NCBI GenBank assembly: GCA_036521195.1
Contig: DATDID010000039.1
Span: 76,241-140,240, forward strand
Length of the DNA: 64,000 nucleotides
Origin: Candidatus Dormiibacterota bacterium
Lineage (GTDB): Bacteria > Chloroflexota > Dormibacteria > Aeolococcales > Aeolococcaceae
Direction of reading: 5' to 3'
Position 1 is the stretch's first letter, and the number at the start of each line of letters is the position of its first letter. The notes beneath the pieces were generated by a model. It did not search any database. It was not told the origin of the DNA and was given only the letters and a program-made list of their open reading frames with translations. Made by a program: the position numbers and the translations under genes. Shown here piece after piece: positions 34,541-45,106 of the stretch.

Positions 34541-35417
34541 CCGTCGCCGTCATGCAATGGCCGTGTTGATCCCGGCCGTCCTTGGCGTATCGCTTCTCAC
34601 GATCGGCAGCGCACCGGTGCAGGCCGCGTCCGCATGGTGGAGCCCGGTCGCGCTCTCCCGCGTCGCGATCACCAAGGTTTTTGCCACAGGTGACACGATC
34701 ATGGTGCGCACCGAGACGGGGGCAACCCTGTCCTCGAGCGACGCTGGGAAGACATTCACACCAGTGGAGGACAATCCGACGTTTCCGCCGACCGGCGTGG
34801 TGAATATCGGCGACACGGGATGGGCAATCAACTCCTCGCACCGGGTGTCGCACGTGACCGGACGCGGCCATGTCATCACCGACCCCGGCTCCCCGGATCT
34901 CGGCGCGGGCGCGGACCTGATCGCCGCTCCGGCTGCGCTCCCAGGCGTGGTCGTCGCGGTGAGCACGAACGGCACCGTCTGGCGCCGCGGGCAGGACGGT
35001 GACTGGAAGCAGGCGCTCCTGCTCCTCCCACAAAGCCTGGTGCAAGGCGTCCCGAGCGTGACCTCAGTGACTGCGTTCACCCAGCCGCTCAGCGACGCCA
35101 TCTATCTCGGTACCGACGGGTACGCAGTGCTCATCAGCACAGACGGGGGAGACGACTGGATCCGCGCAGGACCCGGCCTTCCCAACTCGGTCTACACGCT
35201 CTCCGCCGACTCGGCACGCCATGCCGTCTACGCGGGAACGTCGGACGGCCTTTGGGTGCACGTCCTGCAGGCATTCCCGGCGCCGCCCGCCTACCAGGAC
35301 GCGGCGCTCGTCTGGCGCTGGCTCGGCATCGGCGCGGTGACGCTCGTTGCCGCGGCGCTGACACTGCTCGGGTTGGTCCGACTGATGCCGCGACATACCG
35401 GTCCGGCGGCTTCGTGA
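34530..35417 (+). CDS. Exported Asp-box/propeller-like protein with C-terminal TM anchor
   Basis: Signal peptide AVLIPAVLGVSLLTIGSAPVQA. Asp-box-like SSDAGKTF and STDGGDDW. C-terminal helix LGIGAVTLVAAALTLLGLV. 11-nt overlap with the CPBP gene. Confidence 0.65.
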   Translation: MGSDRRRHAMAVLIPAVLGVSLLTIGSAPVQAASAWWSPVALSRVAITKVFATGDTIMVRTETGATLSSSDAGKTFTPVEDNPTFPPTGVVNIGDTGWAINSSHRVSHVTGRGHVITDPGSPDLGAGADLIAAPAALPGVVVAVSTNGTVWRRGQDGDWKQALLLLPQSLVQGVPSVTSVTAFTQPLSDAIYLGTDGYAVLISTDGGDDWIRAGPGLPNSVYTLSADSARHAVYAGTSDGLWVHVLQAFPAPPAYQDAALVWRWLGIGAVTLVAAALTLLGLVRLMPRHTGPAAS

Positions 35418-36172
35418 TCCACCTCGATGCCGTCTCGTTCATCGAGATGGCAGCAGTCGGCCTCATCGGCGCGGCGATCAACACGCTCGCGGGCGGCGGA
35501 ACGCTCCTCACATTCCCTGTGCTCCTCGCGATCGGTTACCCGGCCCTCGTCGCCAACGTCAGCAACACGCTCGGCCTGCTGCCGGGATACGCCGGAGGCA
35601 GCCTGTCGTACCGGCGCGAGCTGGCCGGCCAGGGACGCCGGGTGATCATCCTCGGCGTCGCCGGAGCGGTCGGCGCGCTGGTCGGGGCATACCTGTTGAC
35701 GCGCACCTCCTCGTCGGCGTTTCGCGCGGTGGTGCCCTGGCTCATCCTGTTCGCCTGCGTACTCCTCGCGGTGCAACCGCTCGTGAGCCGTCGGCTCGCG
35801 GCCGCACGCCAGGGCCCGGCAACGATCGGCCCGCTGCTCATCGCAGGCGATGCAGCCGGCGGTGTGTATGGAGCCTTCTTCGGGGCCGGCCTCGGTGTGA
35901 TGCTCCTCGCGGTGCTCGGCCTCTTTCTCACCGACTCCCTGCAGCGGCTGAACGCCCTGAAAGGCGTGATATCGATGGTGGTCAACGGCGTCGCGGCAAT
36001 CTGCTTCGCCATCGCCGCGCCGGTCGCGTGGCCCGCTGTCGCGGCAATGGCGCCGGCCGCCTTCCTCGGCGGCTTCGCCGGCGCCGCGCTCGCCCGCCGG
36101 GTTCCGCCAACCCCGCTGCGCATCATCGTTGTCGTGCTTGGGATCGTGGTCGCGGTGCGACTCCTCGTCTGA
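35414..36172 (+). CDS. TauE/SafE family sulfite/anion exporter-like membrane protein
   Basis: GLIGAAINTLAGGGTLLTFPVLL at the N-terminus and a repeat of the same type in the C-terminal half. GTGA overlap with the upstream stop. Confidence 0.75.
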   Translation: MIHLDAVSFIEMAAVGLIGAAINTLAGGGTLLTFPVLLAIGYPALVANVSNTLGLLPGYAGGSLSYRRELAGQGRRVIILGVAGAVGALVGAYLLTRTSSSAFRAVVPWLILFACVLLAVQPLVSRRLAAARQGPATIGPLLIAGDAAGGVYGAFFGAGLGVMLLAVLGLFLTDSLQRLNALKGVISMVVNGVAAICFAIAAPVAWPAVAAMAPAAFLGGFAGAALARRVPPTPLRIIVVVLGIVVAVRLLV

Positions 36173-36208
36173 CCGCGCGCCTCCGTCTGCTTCGGCTAGC
36201 GTGGTCCG

Positions 36209-38239
36209 GTGCCCAATCGCCTTGCCGCCGAATCCAGTCCGTACCTCCTCCAGCACGCGGACAATCCGGTCGACTGGTATCCCTGGGGGGACGAGGCGTT
36301 CGACGCCGCGCGTCACGACGACCGTCCGGTCATCCTCTCCGTCGGCTACAGCGCGTGCCACTGGTGTCACGTCATGGCCCACGAGTCGTTCGAGGATCCT
36401 GAGATCGCCGCGTTGATGAACGAGCTCTTCGTCAGCGTCAAGGTGGACCGCGAGGAACGGCCCGACATCGACACCATCTACATGAGCTCGGCGCAGGCGA
36501 TGGGCGTGCAGGGCGGCTGGCCGTTGACGGTGTTCCTCACTCCCGAAGGCCTGCCCTTTTTCGCGGGGACCTACTTTCCGCCGGTCGATCGTCAGGGGAT
36601 GCGCGGCTTCGGCACCGTGCTCCGAGCCGCTGCCGACGCGTACCACTCCCAGAAAGCTGAGATCGGTTCGATGGGCGAGCGCGTGCGCGAGGCCGTTGTC
36701 CCGCAGCGCCTTCCCGCGCCGGGTGAGCCGACGGCCGCGCTGCTGGACGCCGCGGCGAAGGCACTCGTCGCGCAGTCCGATCGCGCGCACGGCGGTTTTG
36801 GCGCCGCGCCGAAATTCCCCCATCCGCAGGCGCTCGACCTGCTGCTCCGCCGCTATCGTGCAACCGGCGATACCTCGCTGGAGAACGCGGCGACACGAAC
36901 CCTCGATGCGATGGCGCGCGGCGGCATCCACGACCAGGTCGGCGGCGGCTTCCATCGCTACAGCGTCGACGCGCGCTGGTCGGTGCCGCACTTCGAGAAG
37001 ATGCTGTACGACAACGCGCTGCTGGCACCGGTGTACCTGCACGCGTTTCAGCTGACCGGGCGCGCCGACATGCTCGAGGTCTGCACGCGGACGCTCGACT
37101 ACATGGCACGCGAGCTGCGGCTGCCGGACGGCGTTTTCGCGGCGTCACAGGACGCGGACAGCCCCGGCGGCGAAGGAGCGTTCTTTGTGTGGTCGCCCGC
37201 ACAACTGCAGGACGTGCTCGGCGCGGACGACGGAGCGCTCGCCGCCCGCATGTTCGGAGTCGTGCCGAGCGGCAACTTCGAGCATGGGACGACGGTGCTC
37301 TCGATGCCGTATCCGCTCGCGCAGGTGGCGCGCTCGCTGCAGATGGACGAAACCGCCCTGCACGCGCAGGTCGAGAGCATCCGTGAGCGCCTCTACGCTG
37401 CGCGCCTGGATCGGGCTGCGCCGGCGCGCGACGACAAGGTCATCACGGCCTGGAACGCACTTGCCATCACCGCATTCGCGCAGGCCGGTGCGGCGCTGAC
37501 CCGCGACGACTACGTCGATATCGCACGCTTGTGCGCCGATTTCGTGCTCGAGCACCTCGTCACCGACGGTGTCGTCCACCGAATCTGGAACGGCGGCGCG
37601 GCGCGCATCGTCGGATTCCTCGACGACGCCGCCAACCTCGGCGACGCGCTCCTCAGCCTCTACGAGGCGACCGGCGAGCCGCGCTATTTCACGGCCGCGC
37701 TCGCGCTCTGCGAACGCATCGTCCTGCAGCATCGCGATGCCGAGGGCGGCTACTTCGACACTGCCGCCGATGCGACACCGCTGATCGTCCGCCCGCGTAC
37801 CATCGATGACAACCCCGTGAGCGCGGGACAGTCGGTCGCGGCGACCCTGTTCGCGCGTCTGCACGCATTCACCGGCGACGAGCGCTGGCTGACTTACGCG
37901 ATGGAGATCGTCGCGCCGCTGACGTCCGTGGTCGGCCGCGCGCCGCTTGCCGTTGCGGGATTGGCGGCTGCCATGGAACTGCTTGTCGGGCCGATGCGCG
38001 AAGTCGCGATTGCGGGCGAGCCCGCGGACACCGGAACACGCGCGCTGGTGTCCGTCGTGCAACGCCGCTTCGACCCGCTGCGAGTGCTCGCATGGGGCGA
38101 TGCCGGCGATGTCCCGTTGCTCGACGACCGACCGGCGGTCGACGGCAGGGCGACCGCCTACGTCTGTCGCGGGTTCGTCTGCAAGGCACCGGTGAGCGAT
38201 GCGGACGCGCTCGAGCGCGAGCTCAGCGAGCGGGGCTGA
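36209..38239 (+). CDS. Thioredoxin-domain protein of the DUF255 / YyaL (SSP411-like) family
   Basis: [29 protein letters not shown]...[22 protein letters not shown], followed by an alpha/alpha-toroid-like region. Confidence 0.9.
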   Translation: MPNRLAAESSPYLLQHADNPVDWYPWGDEAFDAARHDDRPVILSVGYSACHWCHVMAHESFEDPEIAALMNELFVSVKVDREERPDIDTIYMSSAQAMGVQGGWPLTVFLTPEGLPFFAGTYFPPVDRQGMRGFGTVLRAAADAYHSQKAEIGSMGERVREAVVPQRLPAPGEPTAALLDAAAKALVAQSDRAHGGFGAAPKFPHPQALDLLLRRYRATGDTSLENAATRTLDAMARGGIHDQVGGGFHRYSVDARWSVPHFEKMLYDNALLAPVYLHAFQLTGRADMLEVCTRTLDYMARELRLPDGVFAASQDADSPGGEGAFFVWSPAQLQDVLGADDGALAARMFGVVPSGNFEHGTTVLSMPYPLAQVARSLQMDETALHAQVESIRERLYAARLDRAAPARDDKVITAWNALAITAFAQAGAALTRDDYVDIARLCADFVLEHLVTDGVVHRIWNGGAARIVGFLDDAANLGDALLSLYEATGEPRYFTAALALCERIVLQHRDAEGGYFDTAADATPLIVRPRTIDDNPVSAGQSVAATLFARLHAFTGDERWLTYAMEIVAPLTSVVGRAPLAVAGLAAAMELLVGPMREVAIAGEPADTGTRALVSVVQRRFDPLRVLAWGDAGDVPLLDDRPAVDGRATAYVCRGFVCKAPVSDADALERELSERG

Positions 38240-38242
38240 GGG

Positions 38243-39700
38243 TCAGAACTGGCCGCAGCCCGACGGGGTTGCCATCTCCTCGAGCGGCGGCAGGAAGTCG
38301 AAGTGCGGCAGCGTGCGCCGGTCCCCGACTGGCAGGTAATCGCCGGTCTGCGGGTCCTCGACGTATTCGAGGTGCGGGCCGTTCGTCGTGATCTCGCGCA
38401 ACGCCGCGATCAGGCGGTCGATGTGCTCCACGGTGGTCCCGATCCCGAAGGACGCCCGTATGGCGCCCGGGATCTCCTGGTGCTCGCCGCGACGCAACCG
38501 CTCGCGGATGGTGTGCGCTTCGCCGATGCTCACCCCGAGCAGGTGCGTGATGTACGGGTGCGCACAGAAGCAGCCGTGGCGCACGCCGATCGCATACTCC
38601 GCGCTGAGGATCGACGCCACCAGCGCGTGGTGCATTCCCTCGACGGTGAACGTGCTCACACCGAGACGATCGACGTCGGGTCCGTCCCAGAGACGAAGCC
38701 GCTGCAGCTTGGGGATCTCGTTGATCTGCCCGTCGAGGTAGGCGAGCAGCCGTTTCTCGTGCGCGCCGATGTGCGTCATCCCCGTCTTGCCGAGCACGGT
38801 GCAGGCAGTGCCGAGCGCGATAGCGCCCACGACGTTCGGGCTACCAGCCTCGTGGCGGTCGGGGAGCGCGGCCCATTGCACGTCGTCCGTGGTGACATAC
38901 GTGACAGCGCCGCCGCCCGCGAGCATCGGTTCCGCGTCGCCCATCACGGCCGACGGGGCGACGAGCACGCCGCAACCGAACGGCGCGTACATCTTGTGAC
39001 CCGACAGCGCGAGAAAGTCGATGCCCATGGCCACCATGTCGATCGAACGGTGTGGTGCGAGCTGGGCTGCGTCGACACACAGCAGCGCCCCATGCTCGTG
39101 CGCGAGCTGCCCGATCTCCGCGATCGGGAAGACCTCGCCGGTGACGTTGCTCGCGCCGGTGATCGCGACGACGCCGATCGGACGGTGCCGGTTCTCGAGA
39201 GCGCGGCGCAGGTCGCCGAGCAGCTGCTCGGGAGACTCCGGTGGGTCGAGCAGGTCGACGTTGGCGATGCGCCGCCAGGGCAGCATGTTGGCGTGGTGCT
39301 CAATGATCGTGCTCAGCACTGCGTGATCCGGACGCAGCACGAGGCAGTGGCCGAGGAGGTTGATCGCCTCCGTGCTGTTCCTAACAAAAATGACCGTATC
39401 GGTCGAGCGTGCGCCCACGAACGCGGCGACCGCGGCACGCGCCGCTTCGTACGCTCGCGTGGAAACCTGCGAGGCAAAGCCCGCGCCCCGATGCACGCTC
39501 GAGTACCAGGGGAGGAACTCGATCACAGCGTCGGCAACGGGCTCCATCGCCGGTGTGCTTGCCGCCATGTCGAGGTTCACGTAGGTCCGCGCCTCGCCCG
39601 ATGCGAGCTGCACCTCGAGGTCCTGGCCGATGAGGCGGGGGAGGACCGTGCCGTCGAGGCGACGCCGTCGCTGGGTGCGAGGCGTGGATTCCGTGAGCAT
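38243..39700 (-). CDS. Aminotransferase class V fold PLP-dependent enzyme (cysteine desulfurase/C-S lyase-like)
   Basis: ITGASNVTGE, DAAQLAPH, LSGHKMYAPFGCGVL (PLP Lys). The start ATG shares one nt with the hutI stop. Confidence 0.8.
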   Translation of the reverse strand: MLTESTPRTQRRRRLDGTVLPRLIGQDLEVQLASGEARTYVNLDMAASTPAMEPVADAVIEFLPWYSSVHRGAGFASQVSTRAYEAARAAVAAFVGARSTDTVIFVRNSTEAINLLGHCLVLRPDHAVLSTIIEHHANMLPWRRIANVDLLDPPESPEQLLGDLRRALENRHRPIGVVAITGASNVTGEVFPIAEIGQLAHEHGALLCVDAAQLAPHRSIDMVAMGIDFLALSGHKMYAPFGCGVLVAPSAVMGDAEPMLAGGGAVTYVTTDDVQWAALPDRHEAGSPNVVGAIALGTACTVLGKTGMTHIGAHEKRLLAYLDGQINEIPKLQRLRLWDGPDVDRLGVSTFTVEGMHHALVASILSAEYAIGVRHGCFCAHPYITHLLGVSIGEAHTIRERLRRGEHQEIPGAIRASFGIGTTVEHIDRLIAALREITTNGPHLEYVEDPQTGDYLPVGDRRTLPHFDFLPPLEEMATPSGCGQF

Positions 39701-40920
39701 CAGGTCTTCGAGGGTACTGCCAACCGGCCCCCGAGGATCACTCCTGAGACCACGTCACCGCCGAGGTGGTACCCGACGTCCACCCAGTTCGGCGTGCCGA
39801 GGATTACGGCATCGCAGCGCATTCCGACGCAGAGCATGCCGCGATCGCCGAGGCCGAGCGCCGCCGCGCCCCCGGTGGTCGCGGCGACCAACGCCTGCGC
39901 CGGGCTGAGACCGCCGAGGGCAACCGCCAGCGAGACCATGAGCGGCATCGATTCGCTGTAGCAGGTCCCGGGGTTGCAGTCCGTCGCGATCGCCACGGTG
40001 CATCCCGCCTCGATCAACCGCCGGCCGGGAGGCGGTGGTCCTCCGAGCACGACCGACGCTCCGGGGAGGAGCACGCCGGCCACGTTCGCGTGTGCAAGCG
40101 CGGCGAGGTCCTCGTCCGAAGCGTGCTCCAGGTGATCGGCGCTGACCGCGGCCATGCGAGCGGCAAGCATCGCCCCGCCGCTTCGCGTCCGCTGCTCGGC
40201 GTGCACCTTCACGCGCATTCCTTTGGCGCGAGCGGCCGTGAACACGCGCTCGCATTCTTCAACGGTGTACGCGCCCGTCTCGCAGAAAGCGTCGATGAAA
40301 CGCGCCCGTGTCGCGGCGTCCGGGACACCGCGAGTGCACACGCCGTCGATGTACGCGTCACGCGCTCCGTCCGGCGACGCGTGCAGCGGCAGGTACGTCG
40401 GCACCACATTGGGCACGTCCTCCTCGGCGTCGAGCATGAGCGCGGCGTCAAGCTCGCGCATCTCGGCGTCATGCTCGACCCCGTAGCCGCTCTTCACCTC
40501 GACCGTCGTGGTGCCATGCGCGAGCATCCGACGTGCGCGTTCGCGCGCGGCCGTCGCAAGTTGCTCGACGCCGCCCGCCGCGGTCGCGCGCACTGTCGCT
40601 CGGATGCCGCCGCCGGAGGCCGCGATCTCCTCGTACGAGACGCCTGACGCGCGCTGCGCGTACTCATCGCCGCGGTCGCCGAGCCAGATGAGGTGCGTAT
40701 GCGAGTCGACGAATCCCGGTACGACGGCCGCGCCGCGGGCGTGCACCTCGCGCGCGCCGTCTGGAACGCGCTTCCTGTCGAGGCCTGCCTCGGGCCCGGC
40801 ATAGACGATGACGCCGTCGCGCGCCATGAGCGCCGCGTCCCGCACCACACCGGGCGCGTCACCGCGTTCGGGGTCGCAGGTGCAGAGCGCGCCGATGCCG
40901 CGCACCACCAACGAGGTCAC
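39700..40920 (-). CDS. hutI: Imidazolonepropionase
   Basis: VPGFVDSHTHLIWLG, VEVKSGYG, HAEQ, ATDCNPG motifs. GTGA overlap with the hutG stop. Confidence 0.9.
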   Translation of the reverse strand: MTSLVVRGIGALCTCDPERGDAPGVVRDAALMARDGVIVYAGPEAGLDRKRVPDGAREVHARGAAVVPGFVDSHTHLIWLGDRGDEYAQRASGVSYEEIAASGGGIRATVRATAAGGVEQLATAARERARRMLAHGTTTVEVKSGYGVEHDAEMRELDAALMLDAEEDVPNVVPTYLPLHASPDGARDAYIDGVCTRGVPDAATRARFIDAFCETGAYTVEECERVFTAARAKGMRVKVHAEQRTRSGGAMLAARMAAVSADHLEHASDEDLAALAHANVAGVLLPGASVVLGGPPPPGRRLIEAGCTVAIATDCNPGTCYSESMPLMVSLAVALGGLSPAQALVAATTGGAAALGLGDRGMLCVGMRCDAVILGTPNWVDVGYHLGGDVVSGVILGGRLAVPSKT

Positions 40921-41828
40921 GAGGGCGCCGTCTCCCGTCCCCGCGACGCCAGGCCCGCACAGAAGTTGAGGAACGTCGCAGCAGCAAGACGGACGGTCAT
41001 GCCGTTCACATCCGCGCTCGCGTCCACCTCGGCGACGTCGGCGGCGGCGACGCGACGGTCGGCGCCGAGGAGATACGCGGCGCGGAGCAGATCGTCCGGA
41101 GGCAATCCGCCAGGCAGGCTCGCAGGACACGCCGGCGCGAAGGCTCGGTCCACGACGTCGACGTCGAAATCCACGTAGAGACGCTCGGCGCCTGCCGCGG
41201 TGAGCGCGGACAACGCGCTCGTGATGCTCGCGTCCATGCCGCGCGCGCGCACCGCATGCAGGGGGACGATGTGAATCCCTTGCGCGCGCGCCCAGTCCGC
41301 ATGCTCTCGTGCGTTGCCCAGCGGATGGATGCCGATCTGAGCGACGCGGCTCCCGGGAAGGCCCGCGGCGATCAATTCGCGCACGGGCGTGCCGTTGCGC
41401 GACCCCTCGGTGAACGGCCGGCAGTCATGGTGCGCGTCCAGCGTCAGCAATCCCCAGGCTGCGTCAGGAGATCCAGCCATCACTCCCTGCATCGCCGGAC
41501 GTGTCAGCGAGTTGTCACCGCCGATGACGAAGACGGCCGCGCAGGCCCGTGCCGCCTCCTCGGAAGCCCTGCGAATGCGGTCGTGCGCGGCGCTCGCGTC
41601 CGCGTCACCGCTGTCGCCGAGCACGTCGCCGAGATCCCGTGCGTGCAGATCCGCGATGTCGACTTCGTGCTCCGCGTCCCACGTCGGGAAGCGATTCAGC
41701 GCAGCGCGAAACGACGGCGGGGTCGTCCACGACTGCACCTGGGAGATCGACGCACGCGAGATCGGCGCACCGAGCAGGACGATGTCCGGTACCGCGGCGC
41801 CACTATTGAGCCAGTCCCGGGCGTTCAC
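40917..41828 (-). CDS. hutG: Formimidoylglutamase (arginase/ureohydrolase family)
   Basis: [21 protein letters not shown] metal-binding motifs. GTGA overlap with the hutU stop. Confidence 0.8.
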   Translation of the reverse strand: MNARDWLNSGAAVPDIVLLGAPISRASISQVQSWTTPPSFRAALNRFPTWDAEHEVDIADLHARDLGDVLGDSGDADASAAHDRIRRASEEAARACAAVFVIGGDNSLTRPAMQGVMAGSPDAAWGLLTLDAHHDCRPFTEGSRNGTPVRELIAAGLPGSRVAQIGIHPLGNAREHADWARAQGIHIVPLHAVRARGMDASITSALSALTAAGAERLYVDFDVDVVDRAFAPACPASLPGGLPPDDLLRAAYLLGADRRVAAADVAEVDASADVNGMTVRLAAATFLNFCAGLASRGRETAPS

Positions 41829-43498
41829 GCGCCGGGTGCTGCGTCGAGCATGGGCACGCGCACGCCGCGAGCGCGTGCGGCGTCCTGCGCCTCCGGGTAG
41901 CCGGCATCCGCGTGGCGCATGACCCCGGTCGACGGGTCGTTCGTCAACATCAGCTCGCAGCGCCGCGCGGAGCGCTCCGTGCCGTCGGCGCAGACCTGCG
42001 CGCCTGCGTGGATCGACAGCCCCATACCGACGCCACCACCGTGGTGCACGGCAACCCACGTTGCGCCGCTGGAAGTGTTCAGCAGCGCGTTGAGGATGGG
42101 CCAGTCAGCGATGGCGTCACTGCCGTCGCGCATCGACTCCGTCTCGCGCATCGGCGAAGCGACCGACCCGCTGTCGAGATGATCGCGTCCGATCACGATC
42201 GGCGCAGAAAGCTCGCCGCTGCGCACCATCTCGTTGAATCGCATCCCCGCCAGGTGCCGTTCGCCTGCGCCGAGCCAGCAGATGCGCGCGGGAAGTCCCT
42301 GGAAATGGACGCGCTCGCGCGCGAGTGACAACCAGCGGTGCAATCCGTCGTGGTCGGGGAACAGCTCGAGCATTGCTGCGTCGGTGCGCGCGATGTCCTC
42401 GGGGTCCCCACTGAGCGCCACCCATCGGAACGGTCCGCGCCCCTCGCAGAACTGATCGCGGATGTATGCCGGGACGAAGCCGGGGTACGCGAAGGCGTCG
42501 GCAAACCCACCGATGCGTGCCTGGTCGCGCAACGAGTTGCCGTAGTCGAAGACCTCGGCGCCACGCTTCTGATACTCGACCATCGCCTCGCAATGCCGCG
42601 CCATCGACTCACGCGAGCGCCGCATGTACCCCTCCGGGTCGCTCGCGCGCAGCGCTGCCGCCTCGTCGAGAGTCAGCCCCGCCGGCACATACCCGTTCAA
42701 CGGATCGTGCGCGCTGGTCTGATCGGTGACGATGTCGATCGCGAGCGCCGAGTCGAGCAACGCCGGCAGCGCGTCGGCAGCGTTCGCGCACACGGCAACG
42801 GATAGCGCGCGACCCTCCTCGCGAGCGACATCCACTCGCCGCACGGCCGCGTCGAGCGTGTCACACACCTCGTCGACGTATCCGGTGTCGAGGCGTCGCT
42901 GGATGCGGGAACGGTCGACGTCGATGCACAGCGCAACGCCGCCGCTCATCGTGACGGCGAGCGGTTGCGCGCCACCCATGCCGCCGAGGCCCGAGGTCAC
43001 GACGAGACGTCCGCGCAGGTTGCCGCCGAACCGTTTGCGAGCCACGGCCTCGAACGTCTCGAAGGTGCCCTGGAGGATCCCCTGCGTGCCGATGTAGATC
43101 CACGACCCCGCGGTCATCTGTCCGTACATCGTCAGCCCCATCGCCTCGAGCCGCCAGAACTCCTCCCACGTCGCCCAGCGTGGAACGAGCAGCGAGTTGG
43201 CGATCAGCACGCGCGGTGCCATCTCGTGCGTCCGAGCGATGCCGACAGGTTTGCCCGACTGCACCAGCAGGGTCTCGTCGTCGCGCAGCGACTGCAGCGA
43301 CGCGACGATGGCATCGAAGCATTCCCACGAGCGTGCCGCGCGCCCAGTGCCGCCGTAGACCACGAGCGCGTCAGGGTTCTCGGCGACCTCGGGATCGAGA
43401 TTGTTCATCAAGCAGCGCAACGGCGCCTCGGTCTGCCAGCTGCCGCAGCTCAGCGTGTTCCCACGCGGTGCGCGCACGGGCCGCGCTCCGGCGGTCAT
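41825..43498 (-). CDS. hutU: Urocanate hydratase
   Basis: [32 protein letters not shown]...[14 protein letters not shown]...[26 protein letters not shown] overlap with the hutH stop. Confidence 0.95.
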   Translation of the reverse strand: MTAGARPVRAPRGNTLSCGSWQTEAPLRCLMNNLDPEVAENPDALVVYGGTGRAARSWECFDAIVASLQSLRDDETLLVQSGKPVGIARTHEMAPRVLIANSLLVPRWATWEEFWRLEAMGLTMYGQMTAGSWIYIGTQGILQGTFETFEAVARKRFGGNLRGRLVVTSGLGGMGGAQPLAVTMSGGVALCIDVDRSRIQRRLDTGYVDEVCDTLDAAVRRVDVAREEGRALSVAVCANAADALPALLDSALAIDIVTDQTSAHDPLNGYVPAGLTLDEAAALRASDPEGYMRRSRESMARHCEAMVEYQKRGAEVFDYGNSLRDQARIGGFADAFAYPGFVPAYIRDQFCEGRGPFRWVALSGDPEDIARTDAAMLELFPDHDGLHRWLSLARERVHFQGLPARICWLGAGERHLAGMRFNEMVRSGELSAPIVIGRDHLDSGSVASPMRETESMRDGSDAIADWPILNALLNTSSGATWVAVHHGGGVGMGLSIHAGAQVCADGTERSARRCELMLTNDPSTGVMRHADAGYPEAQDAARARGVRVPMLDAAPGA

Positions 43499-45021
43499 CG
43501 CAGCGTCACCCCGGCAGTGGCAAGCGGTTGGCGCCATGTGCCGTCGCGCACCCATCCTTCGACTGCCTCGATGTCGCCGCTCAGCACACGGTCCGCTTCG
43601 AGCGGCGCGACCAGCGCGCGCACGGAGGCGATCAGCGCGCCGGTGGCCGGGCCCGGATGTTGGGGATGGCGCATCTCCACCGCCTGCATCGCGCCCATCA
43701 CCTCCATGGCGAGCACCGACCGCAGCAGGCCGACCGAGCGCCGGGTCCGGAGCGCAGCCTCGTAGCCCATCGACACATGATCCTCCTGGCCGGCACTTGT
43801 GGTCGCGCTCTGCACCGCAAACGGTGTTGCCGCGTGACGCAGCGCGGCAACCAACGCTGCCGCGGTGTACTGGGTGATCATCAGTCCGCTGTTGAGGCCG
43901 GGCTCGGGGCTCAGGAATGCGGGCAGACCGCGTGACCGCGCGGGATCGAGCAGGCGATCGAGACGGCGCTCGCTGATCGCGGCGATGTCGGCGCACACCG
44001 ACGCGAGCATGTCCGCCGCGTAGGCGAGCGCCTGTCCGTGGAAGTTGCCCGCGCTCACGACCTCGTCATCGAGCACCACCGGGTTATCGACAACACTGGC
44101 TAATTCATGCTCGACAGTCTGGCGGCAGAATGCGACTGCGTCGCGCGCTGCGCCATGCACCTGTGGCGCGCAACGCAGCGAGTAGGCGTCCTGGACGGCG
44201 TGCCGGGAGACGCGGTGCGAGGCGACGATCGGGCTGTCGTGGAGCAGCGCCCGCAGGTTGGCCGCGGAGTCGGCCTGACCGGCGGCAGGGCGGAGCCCGA
44301 CGACACGCTCGCCGTACGCCACGGTGGTCGCGAGCAATGCCTCGGCGCTGAGCGCGCACGCGATGTCGGCGACACGCAGCAGCTCCTCGAGGTCATGCAC
44401 GGCCAATGCCAGCAGCGTCGTCATCGCGTCGGTGCCGTTGATCAGGGCGAGCCCTTCCTTCGGTTCGACGTCGATAGGGGTGAGGCCACCGTCACGCAAC
44501 GCCGTCGCACCGTCGACGCGTTCGCCGTCTCCTGCAGCCACCCAGCCCTGTCCGAGGAGCACGACTGCGATGGCCGCGAGCGGGGCGAGATCGCCTGAAG
44601 CGCCGAGCGAGCCGTGCTCGGGCACCCACGGCACGATCCCGGCATCGAGCAGGGCGAGGAGCGCCTCGACCAACTCCGGTCGAACCCCGGAGAGGCCGGC
44701 GGCGAGCGTCCGCGAGCGAAGCAGCATCATGCCGCGAACCACGTCATCGTCCAGCCGAGGACCTGACCCGGCCGCGTGGCTCAGCACCACGGAACGCTGC
44801 AGCAGCGCTCGGTCCGAAGGGTCGACCGCGCGATCGGCGAGGGCGCCGAATCCCGTCGTGACCCCGTACACGACCGCGCCTTCGCTGTCGAGACGGTCGA
44901 CCACCGCCCTCGCCGGGGCCATGCGGGCGCGGACCCCGTCACCGAGGCGCACGCCCTCGCGCCCGCGAGCGACACGCACCACGGCGTCGATCGACAGGGC
45001 ACCGCCGTCGACAGTGATCAT
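43495..45021 (-). CDS. hutH: Histidine ammonia-lyase
   Basis: YGVTTGFG, and [13 protein letters not shown] with the MIO-forming ASG triad. Confidence 0.95.
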   Translation of the reverse strand: MITVDGGALSIDAVVRVARGREGVRLGDGVRARMAPARAVVDRLDSEGAVVYGVTTGFGALADRAVDPSDRALLQRSVVLSHAAGSGPRLDDDVVRGMMLLRSRTLAAGLSGVRPELVEALLALLDAGIVPWVPEHGSLGASGDLAPLAAIAVVLLGQGWVAAGDGERVDGATALRDGGLTPIDVEPKEGLALINGTDAMTTLLALAVHDLEELLRVADIACALSAEALLATTVAYGERVVGLRPAAGQADSAANLRALLHDSPIVASHRVSRHAVQDAYSLRCAPQVHGAARDAVAFCRQTVEHELASVVDNPVVLDDEVVSAGNFHGQALAYAADMLASVCADIAAISERRLDRLLDPARSRGLPAFLSPEPGLNSGLMITQYTAAALVAALRHAATPFAVQSATTSAGQEDHVSMGYEAALRTRRSVGLLRSVLAMEVMGAMQAVEMRHPQHPGPATGALIASVRALVAPLEADRVLSGDIEAVEGWVRDGTWRQPLATAGVTLR

Positions 45022-45106
45022 GCGGCGAGCAGCCTACCCGACCCCACAACCTCGACATCGGCCGAGGCGCGCGAAGCCGGGGCGTGCGCACGTACGTTAT
45101 GCGTGC

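Noticed and set aside
35291-37042. 583-aa - strand ORF across the TauE and DUF255 genes
   Set aside because: It is antisense to two ORFs with strong family motifs and crosses their intergenic gap. Its composition is Arg/Glu/His/Gly-rich noise.
41825-45021. hut-like genes as an ergothioneine (ergothionase / thiourocanate hydratase) catabolic cluster
   Set aside because: The lyase keeps the MIO-forming ASG triad ([13 protein letters not shown]), which I recall being absent in ergothionases. The cluster also contains canonical hutI and hutG. Ordinary histidine utilisation is the parsimonious call.
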